DNA of 64,000 bases. It comes from an uncultured delta proteobacterium (GTDB taxonomy: Bacteria; Desulfobacterota; Binatia; HRBIN30; BPIQ01). The stretch spans positions 192,001-256,000 of the forward strand of contig CAVXGR010000011.1 in NCBI GenBank assembly GCA_963761335.1. Reading direction: 5' to 3'. This document shows, piece by piece, positions 49,543 through 59,699 of the stretch. The notes under the pieces were generated by a model that worked only from the letters and a program-made list of their open reading frames with translations, did not search any database and was not told the DNA's origin. Made by a program: the position numbers and the translations under genes. How positions within the stretch are numbered: the stretch's first letter is position 1; the number at the start of each line of letters is the position of its first letter.

Positions 49543-50788
49543 TCTGCCGATAGTACTCGATCAGGATGTCGGCGATCTCCGGGCGGAGGATGCGCTGGTC
49601 GGGTCGGGCGCCGGTGGTCAGCGCCTCGCGCACCTTGGAGCCGGAGATCGACACCGGCTTCTCGCCCTTGTGGTCGTCCATCAGGCCGACGCGGCCGATG
49701 CTCTCGAAGAAGGCGGCGAAGCCGATGTTGCACGGGCGGATGCGCAGGTCGCCGCGCAAGTTCTCGAAGATCTCCTGGGCGTCGAAGTCGCCCCAGATCG
49801 GCGTGCCGTCGTCGTGGGGCGCGTCGGCGTGCTTGCGGCCGATGACGATGTCGGTGAAGCCGAGGTTCTGCCGGTAGATGGCGTGCATCACCGCTTCCTT
49901 CGGACCGCCGTAGAGCATCTTGATGTCGAGGCCGACGAGCTCGAAGACCTCGGTGAGGTCGTAGCCGCGCTGCTTCCACAGCGCTTCGTCCTTGTCGCCG
50001 CGGCCGAGCAGCTCCTGGTCGTGCAGGGTGCGGTAGCAGCGCATGCGCACCCGTGCCGGCACGTCGTCGCCCTTGAGCTCGCCGATCAGCGGGTTGAGGA
50101 CGACGCCGGCGAAGTAGCCCTCGCCCGTGAGCCGCTCGACGCCGGCGACCAGGGCATACTCATGGGCGCGGTGCAGGGGGTTGCGCGTCTGGAAGGCCAG
50201 GGCTCGCTCCCACTGCCGCTCGGCGATCAGGGTGCGTACCTGCCGCGGGGTCAGGACGAACTCGCCGTACTCCGGATCGACGTGCTGCGGCAGCGCCCAC
50301 AGCTCACCGCCCACCAGCTTGGTGCGCGGGTCGTCGTTGATCATGTGACCGCCGGGATGATCGGTGCGCTTGGTGCCGTAGAACTTCTCGATGTGCTTGG
50401 GCTTGTCCCAGTCGAAGATGCTGGAGACGCGCAGCGTGGCGACGATCTCGCCGCCGTGCACCAGCGCCGCCGAGTGGCCGACGCGCAGCGCCTTGGCCTC
50501 GGCGTCGGCGACCGGGAAGGAGATCGGCGCCGTCCAGGCATAGCGGCGAAAGCCGAACTCGAGGGCGCTATGGTCGAGGACGTAATGCCAGGTCTCCTCG
50601 TCCATCGGTCCGCTCAGCGGCGACAGCGTCCCGTCGGCGATGCGATAGACGGTCGACAGATCGGCGCGGCTCATCTCGATGCGCGGCAGCGGCCCGGCCT
50701 CGGCGAGAAACGGCTTGCGCCGCGACAGCGGTACGGTGCGCGAGACCGGGGCCTCGAGACCTCCGTGGACGGGTACCAGATCGGGCAT
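49538..50788 (-). CDS. sat: Sulfate adenylyltransferase (ATP sulfurylase)
   Basis: LVPVHGG, LSPLSGPM, DHPG, FQTRNPLHRAHE, GPKEAVMHAIYRQNLG, ISGSKVR, RPEI; RBS AAGGAG. Confidence 0.95.
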   Translation of the reverse strand: MPDLVPVHGGLEAPVSRTVPLSRRKPFLAEAGPLPRIEMSRADLSTVYRIADGTLSPLSGPMDEETWHYVLDHSALEFGFRRYAWTAPISFPVADAEAKALRVGHSAALVHGGEIVATLRVSSIFDWDKPKHIEKFYGTKRTDHPGGHMINDDPRTKLVGGELWALPQHVDPEYGEFVLTPRQVRTLIAERQWERALAFQTRNPLHRAHEYALVAGVERLTGEGYFAGVVLNPLIGELKGDDVPARVRMRCYRTLHDQELLGRGDKDEALWKQRGYDLTEVFELVGLDIKMLYGGPKEAVMHAIYRQNLGFTDIVIGRKHADAPHDDGTPIWGDFDAQEIFENLRGDLRIRPCNIGFAAFFESIGRVGLMDDHKGEKPVSISGSKVREALTTGARPDQRILRPEIADILIEYYRQK

Positions 50789-50991
50789 GGAATCGGCTCC
50801 TTCGTGTGCTTGGATTGGCGGTGCGAGTGCGGAAAAGAGCAGCATTCCCGACGCCCGGCGTCGAGTCAAGGAAGTGCGCGACTACGGCTGGGGACTGGCT
50901 CCTTTTCGGCGCAAGGATGTTGTTTTCGAAACGCGGTACCCGTCGCCGAAAAGGTGCCTGGTTCGAAAATCTGTTGGGTACGCTTCGGGTT

Positions 50992-51131
50992 CCCTCTCCC
51001 GCATTACTTGGCGGGAGAGGGTCAGGGTGAGGGTGCCGATCTCTGTGAAGGCCGTGGACATTCACGAGCCTTCAGTGAGACAGGAACCCCTCACCTTGAT
51101 CCTCTCCCCGCGGAAAGATGCGGGGAGAGGA
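50992..51131. repeat. Inverted pair of CCCTCTCCC...GGGAGAGGG..AGGGTGAGGG REP-like palindromes
   Basis: 50992-51033 and an inverted copy at 51087-51131 (CCCCTCACC..GATCCTCTCCCCGC...GCGGGGAGAGG). Confidence 0.75.
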
Positions 51132-51194
51132 GACCCGCCCCCGCGGCGCGGAAGTATCATCGCAAGCGTCTAATCAGTGAATCAGGACGCCGTC

Positions 51195-51715
51195 CATTTT
51201 CATCGTCTGCTGGTGAGCCGAAAGGGCTCATGATGCACTGCTTCGAAAATCTATTGGGTGAAGGTCTGGCGGAGCGCACCGGCGCTTGGCGTGGAGGCTA
51301 TCACCCCGAAGGGTCTGGCGCAGCCCCGGCGCTTGGCGTCGAGGCGTATCGCCCCGGAGGGGCGGTGGCATGTAGCCCCGGGTGCCAACCCGGGGACCGC
51401 GTTCCGATTGGCCCAGATCAGCGCCCCGCAGGGGCGCAGGCGTAGAGGCCGCGTGAATCACCTCGATGAGCTTCCCACGCACCCAGCGGTGATTATCGGC
51501 GTACAGGCGTGACATCGACGAAAACTTGCCCGCGCCCCTGGCGGGGCGCGCCTGACGGAGCGCGCATTCTTCCCCGGGTTTCACCCGGGGCTACACGCCA
51601 CCGCCCCTCCGGGGCGAACTTCGCCCGGGCGAGAACCTCCAAGTCTCTTGCCGGCGCAGATCCCCAGCCTCATTTTCATCGTCTGTTGGTGAGCCGTGAG
51701 GCTCATGACGCATTG
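51195..51715. repeat. REPIN-like element: inverted REP pair (51350-51437, 51504-51616) bounded by ~45-bp direct repeats (51195-51240, 51671-51715)
   Basis: Direct repeats CATTTTCATCGTCTG(C/T)TGGTGAGCCG...GGCTCATGA(T/C)GCA(C/T)TG; internal CGCCCCGGAGGGGCGGTGGC..GTAGCCCCGGGT copies in opposite orientation. Confidence 0.75.
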
Positions 51716-51735
51716 TCCCCGACCGCGTCCCCGCG

Positions 51736-52200
51736 TCAGTCGTCCATGATCTTCACCTCGCAGGCGCCGAGCGCCGGCGTGCGCAGTCCCGGGGCGCGGG
51801 AGAGGAAGCGGCTCAGCCAGGAGCGCTTCTCGGCGACCAGCACGACCGACTCGACCTGGTGAACACGGACGATGCGGCCGCAGACCTCGCTCGGGTCGCC
51901 CTCCTCGATCAGCGGCGTATAGGAGATCCCGGCCTGCGCCGCCTGCCCGCCGATCCTCTCCAGCAACATCTCCGCCTGCGCCCGCTGCTCGCGCTGCAGC
52001 GTCTCGATGACGCTGTCGCTGACCTTCTCTCCGAGGAAGCCGGTGGTGGTGAGCGTCGCCGCCACCTGCTTCGCCTGTTCGGGATCGAGAATCGCCAGGC
52101 CGATCAGGCCGCCGCCCATCTCCCGGGCTCGCCCGAGCGCGTAGCCGACGGCGTTGGGGGCGTCGGTCATCGGCGAGGTCACCAGCAGCACGTTCTTCAT
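51736..52200 (-). CDS. Universal stress protein domain protein
   Basis: MKNVLLV...AVGYAL...IEEGDPSEVC...VVLV; ATGA overlap with the transporter. Confidence 0.8.
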   Translation of the reverse strand: MKNVLLVTSPMTDAPNAVGYALGRAREMGGGLIGLAILDPEQAKQVAATLTTTGFLGEKVSDSVIETLQREQRAQAEMLLERIGGQAAQAGISYTPLIEEGDPSEVCGRIVRVHQVESVVLVAEKRSWLSRFLSRAPGLRTPALGACEVKIMDD

Positions 52201-53645
52201 CTCAATCCTCCCACGGAGAGACCGAGCAGGGGCCAGTACCAGCTGGCCATGAGGTTGAACACCAGCCAGGAGATCACCGCGAGCATGGCGCCGGGAACCA
52301 CCATGTCGCGCATCGACAGGTGCCCCGACGAGTAGGCGATGGCGTTGGCGGGCGTGCCGATGGGCAAGGTGTACGCCAGGCCGGCGGGCACGGCGACCAC
52401 CAGTGCCATGATGCGCGGGTCCATGCTGAACTCGCGGGCGATTCCGAGACTCACCGGCATCAGCAGAGCCACCACTGCGGAGTTGCTCATCGCCTCGGTC
52501 AGCAGGATGGCCAGAAAGGACAGCAGCAGCACCACGGAGACGCCGCCGGTGGCCCAGCGGCTGATGGTGACGTGGGCGATCCAGGCGGCGGCGCCCGATT
52601 TGTTCATGGCTGCGCCGAGGCAGATGGCGCCGCCGTACATCAGGATGACGCCCCAGTTGACGTACCCTTCGATCTCCCGCCAGCTCACCAGGCGAAAGAC
52701 GAAGAGCACGATCACCGAGGCGATGGCGACGTTCGCCAGACCAAACTCCTCGCCGAGGAACACCCAGGCGAGGAAGGTGAGCACGATGACCAGACCGATC
52801 GCCACCTCGTCGGAGTGCAGACGCCCGAGCTCGAGGTGCTTGGCGCGCAACACCTCGTCGGCGGCGCGCACGTCGCCGACGTCGATCGGAAAGAAGAAGA
52901 CGATGACGCGATAGCAGACGAAGAGCATGACGGCGACCAGCGGCAGGATGGCCACCGACCACTGCACGAAGCTGAACGACTGGCCGGTCGACTCGCGCAG
53001 GATACCCAGCGCCAGCGGCGCCCGGCCGCCCCCGAGCAGGGTGGCGACGCCGCCGATGGTCGAGCCCCAGGCCATCGCCAGGAAGAGCGCCTTGCCGTAG
53101 CGCGTGCGCCCACGCGCCAGACCGAGCACCGAGACGATCTCGAGGATGATGGGGAAGTTCATCGCCGCCACGGCGTGCTCGGACATGGCGAAAGACATGG
53201 CGGCGTTGAGCAGCAGGATGCTCAACAGCAGGGCGCGGGGCGTGTGCCCGAACTTCCAGAGGATGGCGAGAGCGATGCGTGTGCTCAACCCCGACTTCAT
53301 CAGGCACGCCGCCAGGATGAAGGCACCGAGAATGAAGAAGACCGCTTCGTTGCCGAACAGCGCGTACGCCTGCGGCGCCGTCATCACTCCGGAGAGCGGA
53401 ATCAGGATGATCGCCAGCAGACTGGTGATCATCAGCGGCAGGACGTCGAAGACCCAATAGAAGACACACAGGCCGAAAACCCCGAGCGCCTTCTGGCCGG
53501 CCTCCGAGAGCCCAGCGGGCGGCGCCATCGTCTGCACCCACCAGAAGATGAGGACGCCCGTCAGCAGCAGACCCGCCTGCCGGCTGCGCGCCAGCAGGAT
53601 GATCCACAGGGGTCGGGTATCGACGACAAATTCGGATTTCGCCAT
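52197..53645 (-). CDS. SLC13/DASS family anion:sodium symporter (probable sulfate or other S-oxyanion uptake)
   Basis: FFILGAFILAA...SGLSTRIA, IGGVATLLGG, LTEAMSNSA, LPIGTPANAIAYS; many TM helices. Confidence 0.9.
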   Translation of the reverse strand: MAKSEFVVDTRPLWIILLARSRQAGLLLTGVLIFWWVQTMAPPAGLSEAGQKALGVFGLCVFYWVFDVLPLMITSLLAIILIPLSGVMTAPQAYALFGNEAVFFILGAFILAACLMKSGLSTRIALAILWKFGHTPRALLLSILLLNAAMSFAMSEHAVAAMNFPIILEIVSVLGLARGRTRYGKALFLAMAWGSTIGGVATLLGGGRAPLALGILRESTGQSFSFVQWSVAILPLVAVMLFVCYRVIVFFFPIDVGDVRAADEVLRAKHLELGRLHSDEVAIGLVIVLTFLAWVFLGEEFGLANVAIASVIVLFVFRLVSWREIEGYVNWGVILMYGGAICLGAAMNKSGAAAWIAHVTISRWATGGVSVVLLLSFLAILLTEAMSNSAVVALLMPVSLGIAREFSMDPRIMALVVAVPAGLAYTLPIGTPANAIAYSSGHLSMRDMVVPGAMLAVISWLVFNLMASWYWPLLGLSVGGLR

Positions 53646-53721
53646 GGCCGCGGACAGAGCCTCGCAGGACAGGGATCAGGCGCGGCGGCCGCCGGCCGCA
53701 GGAGGGAGATCCGTCATCGCC

Positions 53722-54942
53722 TCACAGGTGGGACGAATCGAAGGAGTCGCTGACGCGGCGCACCCGCAGGCGCCGCCGCAGGCGCGCCAGGTTGCGAGTC
53801 GTCATCGTCCCCAGGCGGGAGCGGTAGAACTGCTGCATGACCACCGCCATGCGCGCCTCGTCGCCGGCGAAGAAGCGCGCCTCGAGCGGCGTTACCGCGA
53901 AGCTCAGATCGCGCACCCAGCCCATGTTGATGCGCGCGTTGCGGGTCGAGTGAAAGAGGTGGGCGAAGATCGGCGCCACCGCCTCCGGCGTGGAGAGAGG
54001 ATGGTCGCGCAGCTCCTCCTCCGACGATGGTCGCCACACCGACAGCACCGGCAGCACGTTCATGGCCGCCAGCGTGTCGATGCCGCGCATCGTCGACTCC
54101 GGCGACTCCAGGCCGACGACCAGGTCGCTCCAAACCGTGCCGCTCGGGAAGATGGTGGCGGCGTAGCGCAGCGCCTCGTAGTAGCGGGCCCGTCCGATGT
54201 GGCGCACCCGTCCGGGGCAGCGCCTCTCCAGCGCCTCGGGGTCGTGGATCTCGAGGTTGTAGCTGAGAGCGTCGACCCCCATGGCATAGGTGCGGTCGAT
54301 CCAGCGGTTGGCGCGCGGCGGGTGCATCTGCACGGCGATCAGGGTGTCGAAGTGTCGCTTCACGGCGCGGATGGACGCCTCCAGAGAATCGATACCGCCG
54401 TCCTCGCTGTCGACGTAGCCGGTGTTGAAGTAGACGAACTCGGCGGCGCCCTCGGCGAAGGCGGCGCGCACCACCTCGACGACGTCCGCGATCTCGAGGG
54501 CCGGAGCCGGCGCCGGCACCACACCGGTCTCGCAGAACCGGCAGGGCACGCCGCCGAGAGCGAAGCCGCACTCGGCGCCGGCATGGATGGCGACGAAGCT
54601 GCCATGCACGGTCGCCAGCTGCGACATCGGCGTGCCGCGGCTGGTCTTCAGCGCATAGAAGCTCGGCTGCGGGCTGACGCGGACCTCGATGCGCTGCTGC
54701 TCGCGCACCAGCGCAAAGACGTCGCCGTCGGCGACCAGGGTGAATGGCGAGCGCGCCGCAAACTCCTCCTCGATCGGCGCGGTCACCCACAGGTCCTCGG
54801 GAAGGAGCAGGTCCACCGAGTGTGGCGCCGGCTGGTTCCCTCCACGGGTGCCGAACAGCTCCTCGTCGGCGCGCGCACTCGCATCGAGGCGCACGCCGCG
54901 CACCGCCAGCTCCAGCTTGAGGAATCCCGGGTTCGGATCCAT
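53722..54942 (-). CDS. Radical SAM protein with expanded CX8CX2C motif
   Basis: CGFALGGVPCRFC, GVDALSYNLEIHD, CPG, SDLVVGLES. Confidence 0.85.
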   Translation of the reverse strand: MDPNPGFLKLELAVRGVRLDASARADEELFGTRGGNQPAPHSVDLLLPEDLWVTAPIEEEFAARSPFTLVADGDVFALVREQQRIEVRVSPQPSFYALKTSRGTPMSQLATVHGSFVAIHAGAECGFALGGVPCRFCETGVVPAPAPALEIADVVEVVRAAFAEGAAEFVYFNTGYVDSEDGGIDSLEASIRAVKRHFDTLIAVQMHPPRANRWIDRTYAMGVDALSYNLEIHDPEALERRCPGRVRHIGRARYYEALRYAATIFPSGTVWSDLVVGLESPESTMRGIDTLAAMNVLPVLSVWRPSSEEELRDHPLSTPEAVAPIFAHLFHSTRNARINMGWVRDLSFAVTPLEARFFAGDEARMAVVMQQFYRSRLGTMTTRNLARLRRRLRVRRVSDSFDSSHL

Positions 54943-54946
54943 TTCT

Positions 54947-55714
54947 CTAGACCGCCGCCCGCCGCTGGAGCGGCGCCCCGCCGCAGGTGGCGCAGTCGTT
55001 CGCCTTGCCGATCTCCAGATCGCGAAAACCGGCCGCGGCGAGATCGCAGATCAACCAGCGCCCGGCCAGCGACCGGCCGCTCCCGAGAATCAGCTTGAGA
55101 ACCTCGGTGGCGAGCAGCGTGCCGACCAGCCCGGCGGCGGCGCCGGAGAGGCCCTCGGCACGGCTCGCGGCGAGCGGCTCGTGGCCGGCACATTCGGCGC
55201 AGGGCAGGTCGGGGCGGAAGCCGAGGAAGGTGCTCAGCCATCCTCCCGCACCTGCGGCACCGCCGCACAGCAGCGGCTTTTCCTCTGCCACGCAGGCGCG
55301 GTTGAGGGCGACGCGGAGGTCGTGCCCCGGCGCCGTGTCGACGACCACATCGAACTCGGCGACCGTCGCTGCCGCCTCCGCCGGCGCCAGCCGGCGCGCC
55401 TCGCAGCGAGCCCGGCAATCGGGATTCAGCCGTGCCAGCGAGTCGCTCGCCGCCTCGACCTTGCGATCGCCGAGATCGCCGGCGGTGCAGAGCACCTGGC
55501 GGCGCAGCGCGGTCAGACTGAGCACGTCGCCGTCCACCAGCCCCAGGCAGCCGACGCCGGCGGCGGCGAGATAGAGGGCCGCGGCGCTGCCGACGGCGCC
55601 GGCGCCGACGATCAGCACGCGCGCCTCGAGGAGCCGTTGCTGGCCGACGCCGCCGACCTCCGGCAAAATGATCTGCCGGCTGTAGCGCTCGATCTGCTCG
55701 TCGCTCAGCGACAT
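54947..55714 (-). CDS. ThiF/MoeB family protein, copy B (keeps RYSRQ, degenerate adenylation site)
   Basis: EQIERYSRQIILPEVGG.GQ.RL, GAGAVG, SLTALRRQ, VDTAPG, CAEC and CATC Zn motifs. Confidence 0.9.
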   Translation of the reverse strand: MSLSDEQIERYSRQIILPEVGGVGQQRLLEARVLIVGAGAVGSAAALYLAAAGVGCLGLVDGDVLSLTALRRQVLCTAGDLGDRKVEAASDSLARLNPDCRARCEARRLAPAEAAATVAEFDVVVDTAPGHDLRVALNRACVAEEKPLLCGGAAGAGGWLSTFLGFRPDLPCAECAGHEPLAASRAEGLSGAAAGLVGTLLATEVLKLILGSGRSLAGRWLICDLAAAGFRDLEIGKANDCATCGGAPLQRRAAV

Positions 55715-55731
55715 CGACTGCGGCTCCGCGC

Positions 55732-55998
55732 CTACTCGATCACGTTCTTCTCGATCGGCTCGACCTGGACCCCCGCCTCGCGCAGCCACGCCACGGCGCC
55801 GTCGATGGCATCCTGCGTGCCGTCCAGCTCCAGGGCGACGAGGCCCATGGTGTCCGAGACGTTGGCGCCGCGAATGTTGGTGACCACGTCGAAGCGCCGG
55901 CCGATCTCGTAGATCAGCGGCTCCTTGATCAGCTCGGTCGGATAGGTGAGGTACACCTTCTCACGAACCCGCGGCCCGCCACGGCGGGCACGCGTCAC
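55732..55998 (-). CDS. Stand-alone NIL domain protein
   Basis: VYLTYP..LIKEPLIY...FDVVTNIRGANV....GLVALELDG...WL...GVQVEPIE. Confidence 0.85.
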   Translation of the reverse strand: MTRARRGGPRVREKVYLTYPTELIKEPLIYEIGRRFDVVTNIRGANVSDTMGLVALELDGTQDAIDGAVAWLREAGVQVEPIEKNVIE

Positions 55999-56990
55999 CG
56001 AGCCTCTCCTCGATTGCTGTTTGCCCATTCTCGCCATCCCAGCCACAGGTTGGTGCTCAGGTAGCGGTCGCCGAAATCGGGGAAGACGACCACCATCACG
56101 CCTTCGCTCAGCTCGCGCGCCACCTCGAGCGCCGCCCACATCGCCGCGCCGGAAGACTGACCAGTCACCAGCCCCTCGGTGGCACCGATGCGATAGACGG
56201 TCTCGTACGCCTTCTCGGTCGGCACACCGACCTTCCGGTCGAGCTCATCCTCGTGGTAGATCCCCGGCACGATCGACGAGGCCATGTGCTTCAGTCCCTC
56301 GAGGCCGTGAAAGGCGTCGTCCGGCTCGGCGGCGATCACCTGCAGGTCGGGGTTTCTCTCTTTCAGGTATCGGCCCGTGCCCATGATCGTGCCCCCGGTG
56401 CCGATGCCGGCGACGAAGTGCGTCACCCGCCCGCCGCTCTGCTCCCAGATCTCCGGTCCCGTCGACTCGTAGTGCGCCTGCGGATTGTGCGGGTTGAAGT
56501 ACTGGTCCGGCTTGAAGTACTTCTCCGGGTCGCGGCGCAGGATCTCGCGGCAGAGGCGGATGGCGCCGTCGGAGCCCTCGAGCGGATCGCTGTAGATGGC
56601 GCGCGCGCCGTAGGCGCTGACGACGCGCTTGCGCTCGCGGCTGACGTTCTCCGGCATCACCAGCTCCACCGGATAGCCGAGAACGGCGCCGACCATGGCC
56701 AGGGCGATGCCGGTGTTCCCGGAGGTGGAGTCGATGATGGTCTTTCCCGGCACCAGCCGGCCGCTGCGCACTCCCTCGCGCACCATCCACAGCGCCGGAC
56801 GATCCTTCACCGAGCCGCCGGGATTGAAGCCCTCGAGCTTGGCGTAGAGCCGCACCCGCGGCGCCAGCCCGCGGCCGATGCGCTCCAGCGCGATGAGCGG
56901 CGTGTTGCCCACCAGCTCGAGCACGTCGCGCACCCGCCCCTGTTCCAGGCTGGCCGGGGGAACCGACGCGGCGGTCGACACGGAGCTCAC
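55995..56990 (-). CDS. cysM: PLP-dependent cysteine synthase family enzyme (CysM-like)
   Basis: VGNTPL, KLEGFNPGGSVKDR, STSGNTG, QYFNPHN..AHY.STGPE, GIGTGGT, GQSSGA, FPDFGDRYLS. Confidence 0.9.
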   Translation of the reverse strand: MSSVSTAASVPPASLEQGRVRDVLELVGNTPLIALERIGRGLAPRVRLYAKLEGFNPGGSVKDRPALWMVREGVRSGRLVPGKTIIDSTSGNTGIALAMVGAVLGYPVELVMPENVSRERKRVVSAYGARAIYSDPLEGSDGAIRLCREILRRDPEKYFKPDQYFNPHNPQAHYESTGPEIWEQSGGRVTHFVAGIGTGGTIMGTGRYLKERNPDLQVIAAEPDDAFHGLEGLKHMASSIVPGIYHEDELDRKVGVPTEKAYETVYRIGATEGLVTGQSSGAAMWAALEVARELSEGVMVVVFPDFGDRYLSTNLWLGWREWANSNRGEAR

Positions 56991-57000
56991 GCGCGCCCGC

Positions 57001-57276
57001 TCACCCGCCCGCAATCGCCGGCACGATCGACAGCTCGTCTCCGTCCTTCACCGGCGTCTTCAGGTCTTCCAGGAAGCGAATGTCGTCGCCGTTGACGTAG
57101 ATGTTCACGAAGCGGCGTACCCGGCCCTCTTCGTCGCAGAGCCGCTCGCGGATCCCCGGGAACTGGCGCTCCATGTCCTCCACCACGGCACCGACGGTGG
57201 CTCCGGCGGTGCTCACTTCCTCCGAGCCGCTGGTGAAACGGCGCAGCGGCGTCGGGATGCGAACTCGAATGCTCAT
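57001..57276 (-). CDS. Ubiquitin-like sulfur carrier protein (MoaD/ThiS/CysO family), C-terminal GG
   Basis: [11 protein letters not shown]...[16 protein letters not shown]...[19 protein letters not shown]. Confidence 0.95.
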   Translation of the reverse strand: MSIRVRIPTPLRRFTSGSEEVSTAGATVGAVVEDMERQFPGIRERLCDEEGRVRRFVNIYVNGDDIRFLEDLKTPVKDGDELSIVPAIAGG

Positions 57277-57346
57277 GCGTCCTCCTCGCGATCGAATGAT
57301 ACGGCGGCCCCGCCCGGGCCTCTCGGGGCGGTGACGAGTGGCGGCC

Positions 57347-58612
<1,266 letters not shown>

Positions 58613-58634
58613 GATACACTCCTCGTTCCTGGCC

Positions 58635-59423
58635 TCACGCGGCCTCTCCGGCCGCGATCCGCGCCGTGGTCGCATGCTGGGTCCCGCAGATGGGGCATGC
58701 GGGGTTGCGCGGCACTGGAATGCTTCTCCAGCGCAGCGCCAGCGCGTCATAAGTGAGCAGGCGGTCGGTGAGCAGGCCGCCGATTCCGAGCAGGGTCTTG
58801 ATCGCCTCCGACGCCTGGACGATGCCGATGGCGCCGGTGACGGCGCCGATGATGCCGGAGGTCTGGCAGCTGGGCAGGTCGGCGTCGTCGGGCATCACGG
58901 GAAACAGGCACCGGTAGCAGGCGCTGTGTCCGGGCAGAACGGTCATCGTCTGCCCCACCCAGCCGATGGCGCCGGCGTGCGAGTACGGCGTCCCGGTGCG
59001 CACGGCGCCGTCGTTGATGAGAAACTTGGTCTCGGCGCCGTCGGTGGCGTCGACGACGAAATCGAAGTCGGCGAACACCTCGGCAAGGCACTCGCCGGTG
59101 AGACGGCGCTGCAGGTCGACGACCGCGACCGCCGGGTTGCGAGCGCGAATGGCGGCCGCCGCCGACTCGACCTTGGGTCGGCCGAGAGCCAGCGTCGAGT
59201 GGATCACCTGCCGCTGCAAGTTGGAGAGCTCGACCGCATCGCCGTCCATCAGGCCGATGGTCCCGACTCCTGCCGCCGCCAGGTACAACGCCGCCGGCGC
59301 CCCCAGGCCGCCGACGCCGACGACGAGAACGCGCCCGCGCCGCAGGCGCTCGGCGTCCTGATCGCCGGCGCGGGTGGCCTCAGGGGCGGTATCTGTCGAG
59401 TCGGGCATCGGCATCGGAACCAT
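58635..59423 (-). CDS. moeB: ThiF/MoeB family adenylyltransferase, copy A (intact adenylation site, no RYSRQ segment)
   Basis: GVGGLG, DGDAVELSNLQRQ, DATD, CYRCLFP...PSC, CPIC. Start among 59423/59414/59408. Confidence 0.9.
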   Translation of the reverse strand: MVPMPMPDSTDTAPEATRAGDQDAERLRRGRVLVVGVGGLGAPAALYLAAAGVGTIGLMDGDAVELSNLQRQVIHSTLALGRPKVESAAAAIRARNPAVAVVDLQRRLTGECLAEVFADFDFVVDATDGAETKFLINDGAVRTGTPYSHAGAIGWVGQTMTVLPGHSACYRCLFPVMPDDADLPSCQTSGIIGAVTGAIGIVQASEAIKTLLGIGGLLTDRLLTYDALALRWRSIPVPRNPACPICGTQHATTARIAAGEAA

Positions 59424-59429
59424 TCGTCG

Positions 59430-59472
59430 AAAAAAAAGCCTCTTCCCGGACAAGAGCAGGAAGAGGCTTTTT
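59430..59472 (-). terminator. Intrinsic terminator of the riboswitch expression platform
   Basis: Minus strand AAGCCTCTTCC-loop-GGAAGAGGCTT followed by a T tract, between the aptamer and the first gene. Confidence 0.9.
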
Positions 59473-59481
59473 CAGTCTCGA

Positions 59482-59610
59482 CCTTATCTTTCCGGGACCC
59501 CTTTCGGGGCTGAACCCAGTCGGAATTAGCACCAGCATCTCAAGGTGTTCACCATCGAGACCGGTTGCTGTGGCTTCATCGGGCCTGTCCCTCAGCCACT
59601 CTGGATAAGG
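59482..59610 (-). promoter_or_regulatory. SAM-I (S-box) riboswitch
   Basis: Minus strand CCTTATCCAGAGTGGCTGAGGGACAGGCCCGATGAAGCCACAGCAACC...GGTGCTAATTCC...GATAAGG; P1 CCTTATC/GATAAGG and all S-box core motifs. Confidence 0.95.
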
Positions 59611-59659
59611 CTTATGTATTTTGTCTATCTGTTTTCTACCCGGTTCTCCCGAAAGCAAA

Positions 59660-59689
59660 ACGCTAATGCAACTCCCCGGGCTCTGTCAA
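59660..59689 (-). promoter_or_regulatory. Candidate sigma-70 promoter for the riboswitch operon
   Basis: Minus strand TTGACA-N18-TAGCGT about 50 bp upstream of the aptamer. Confidence 0.5.
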
Positions 59690-59699
59690 CACTTCCCTT

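Noticed and set aside
49311..51715. Possible CRISPR array or intact IS
   Set aside because: Repeats are palindromic, irregularly spaced and in mixed orientation, with no repeat-spacer periodicity, cas genes or transposase ORF.
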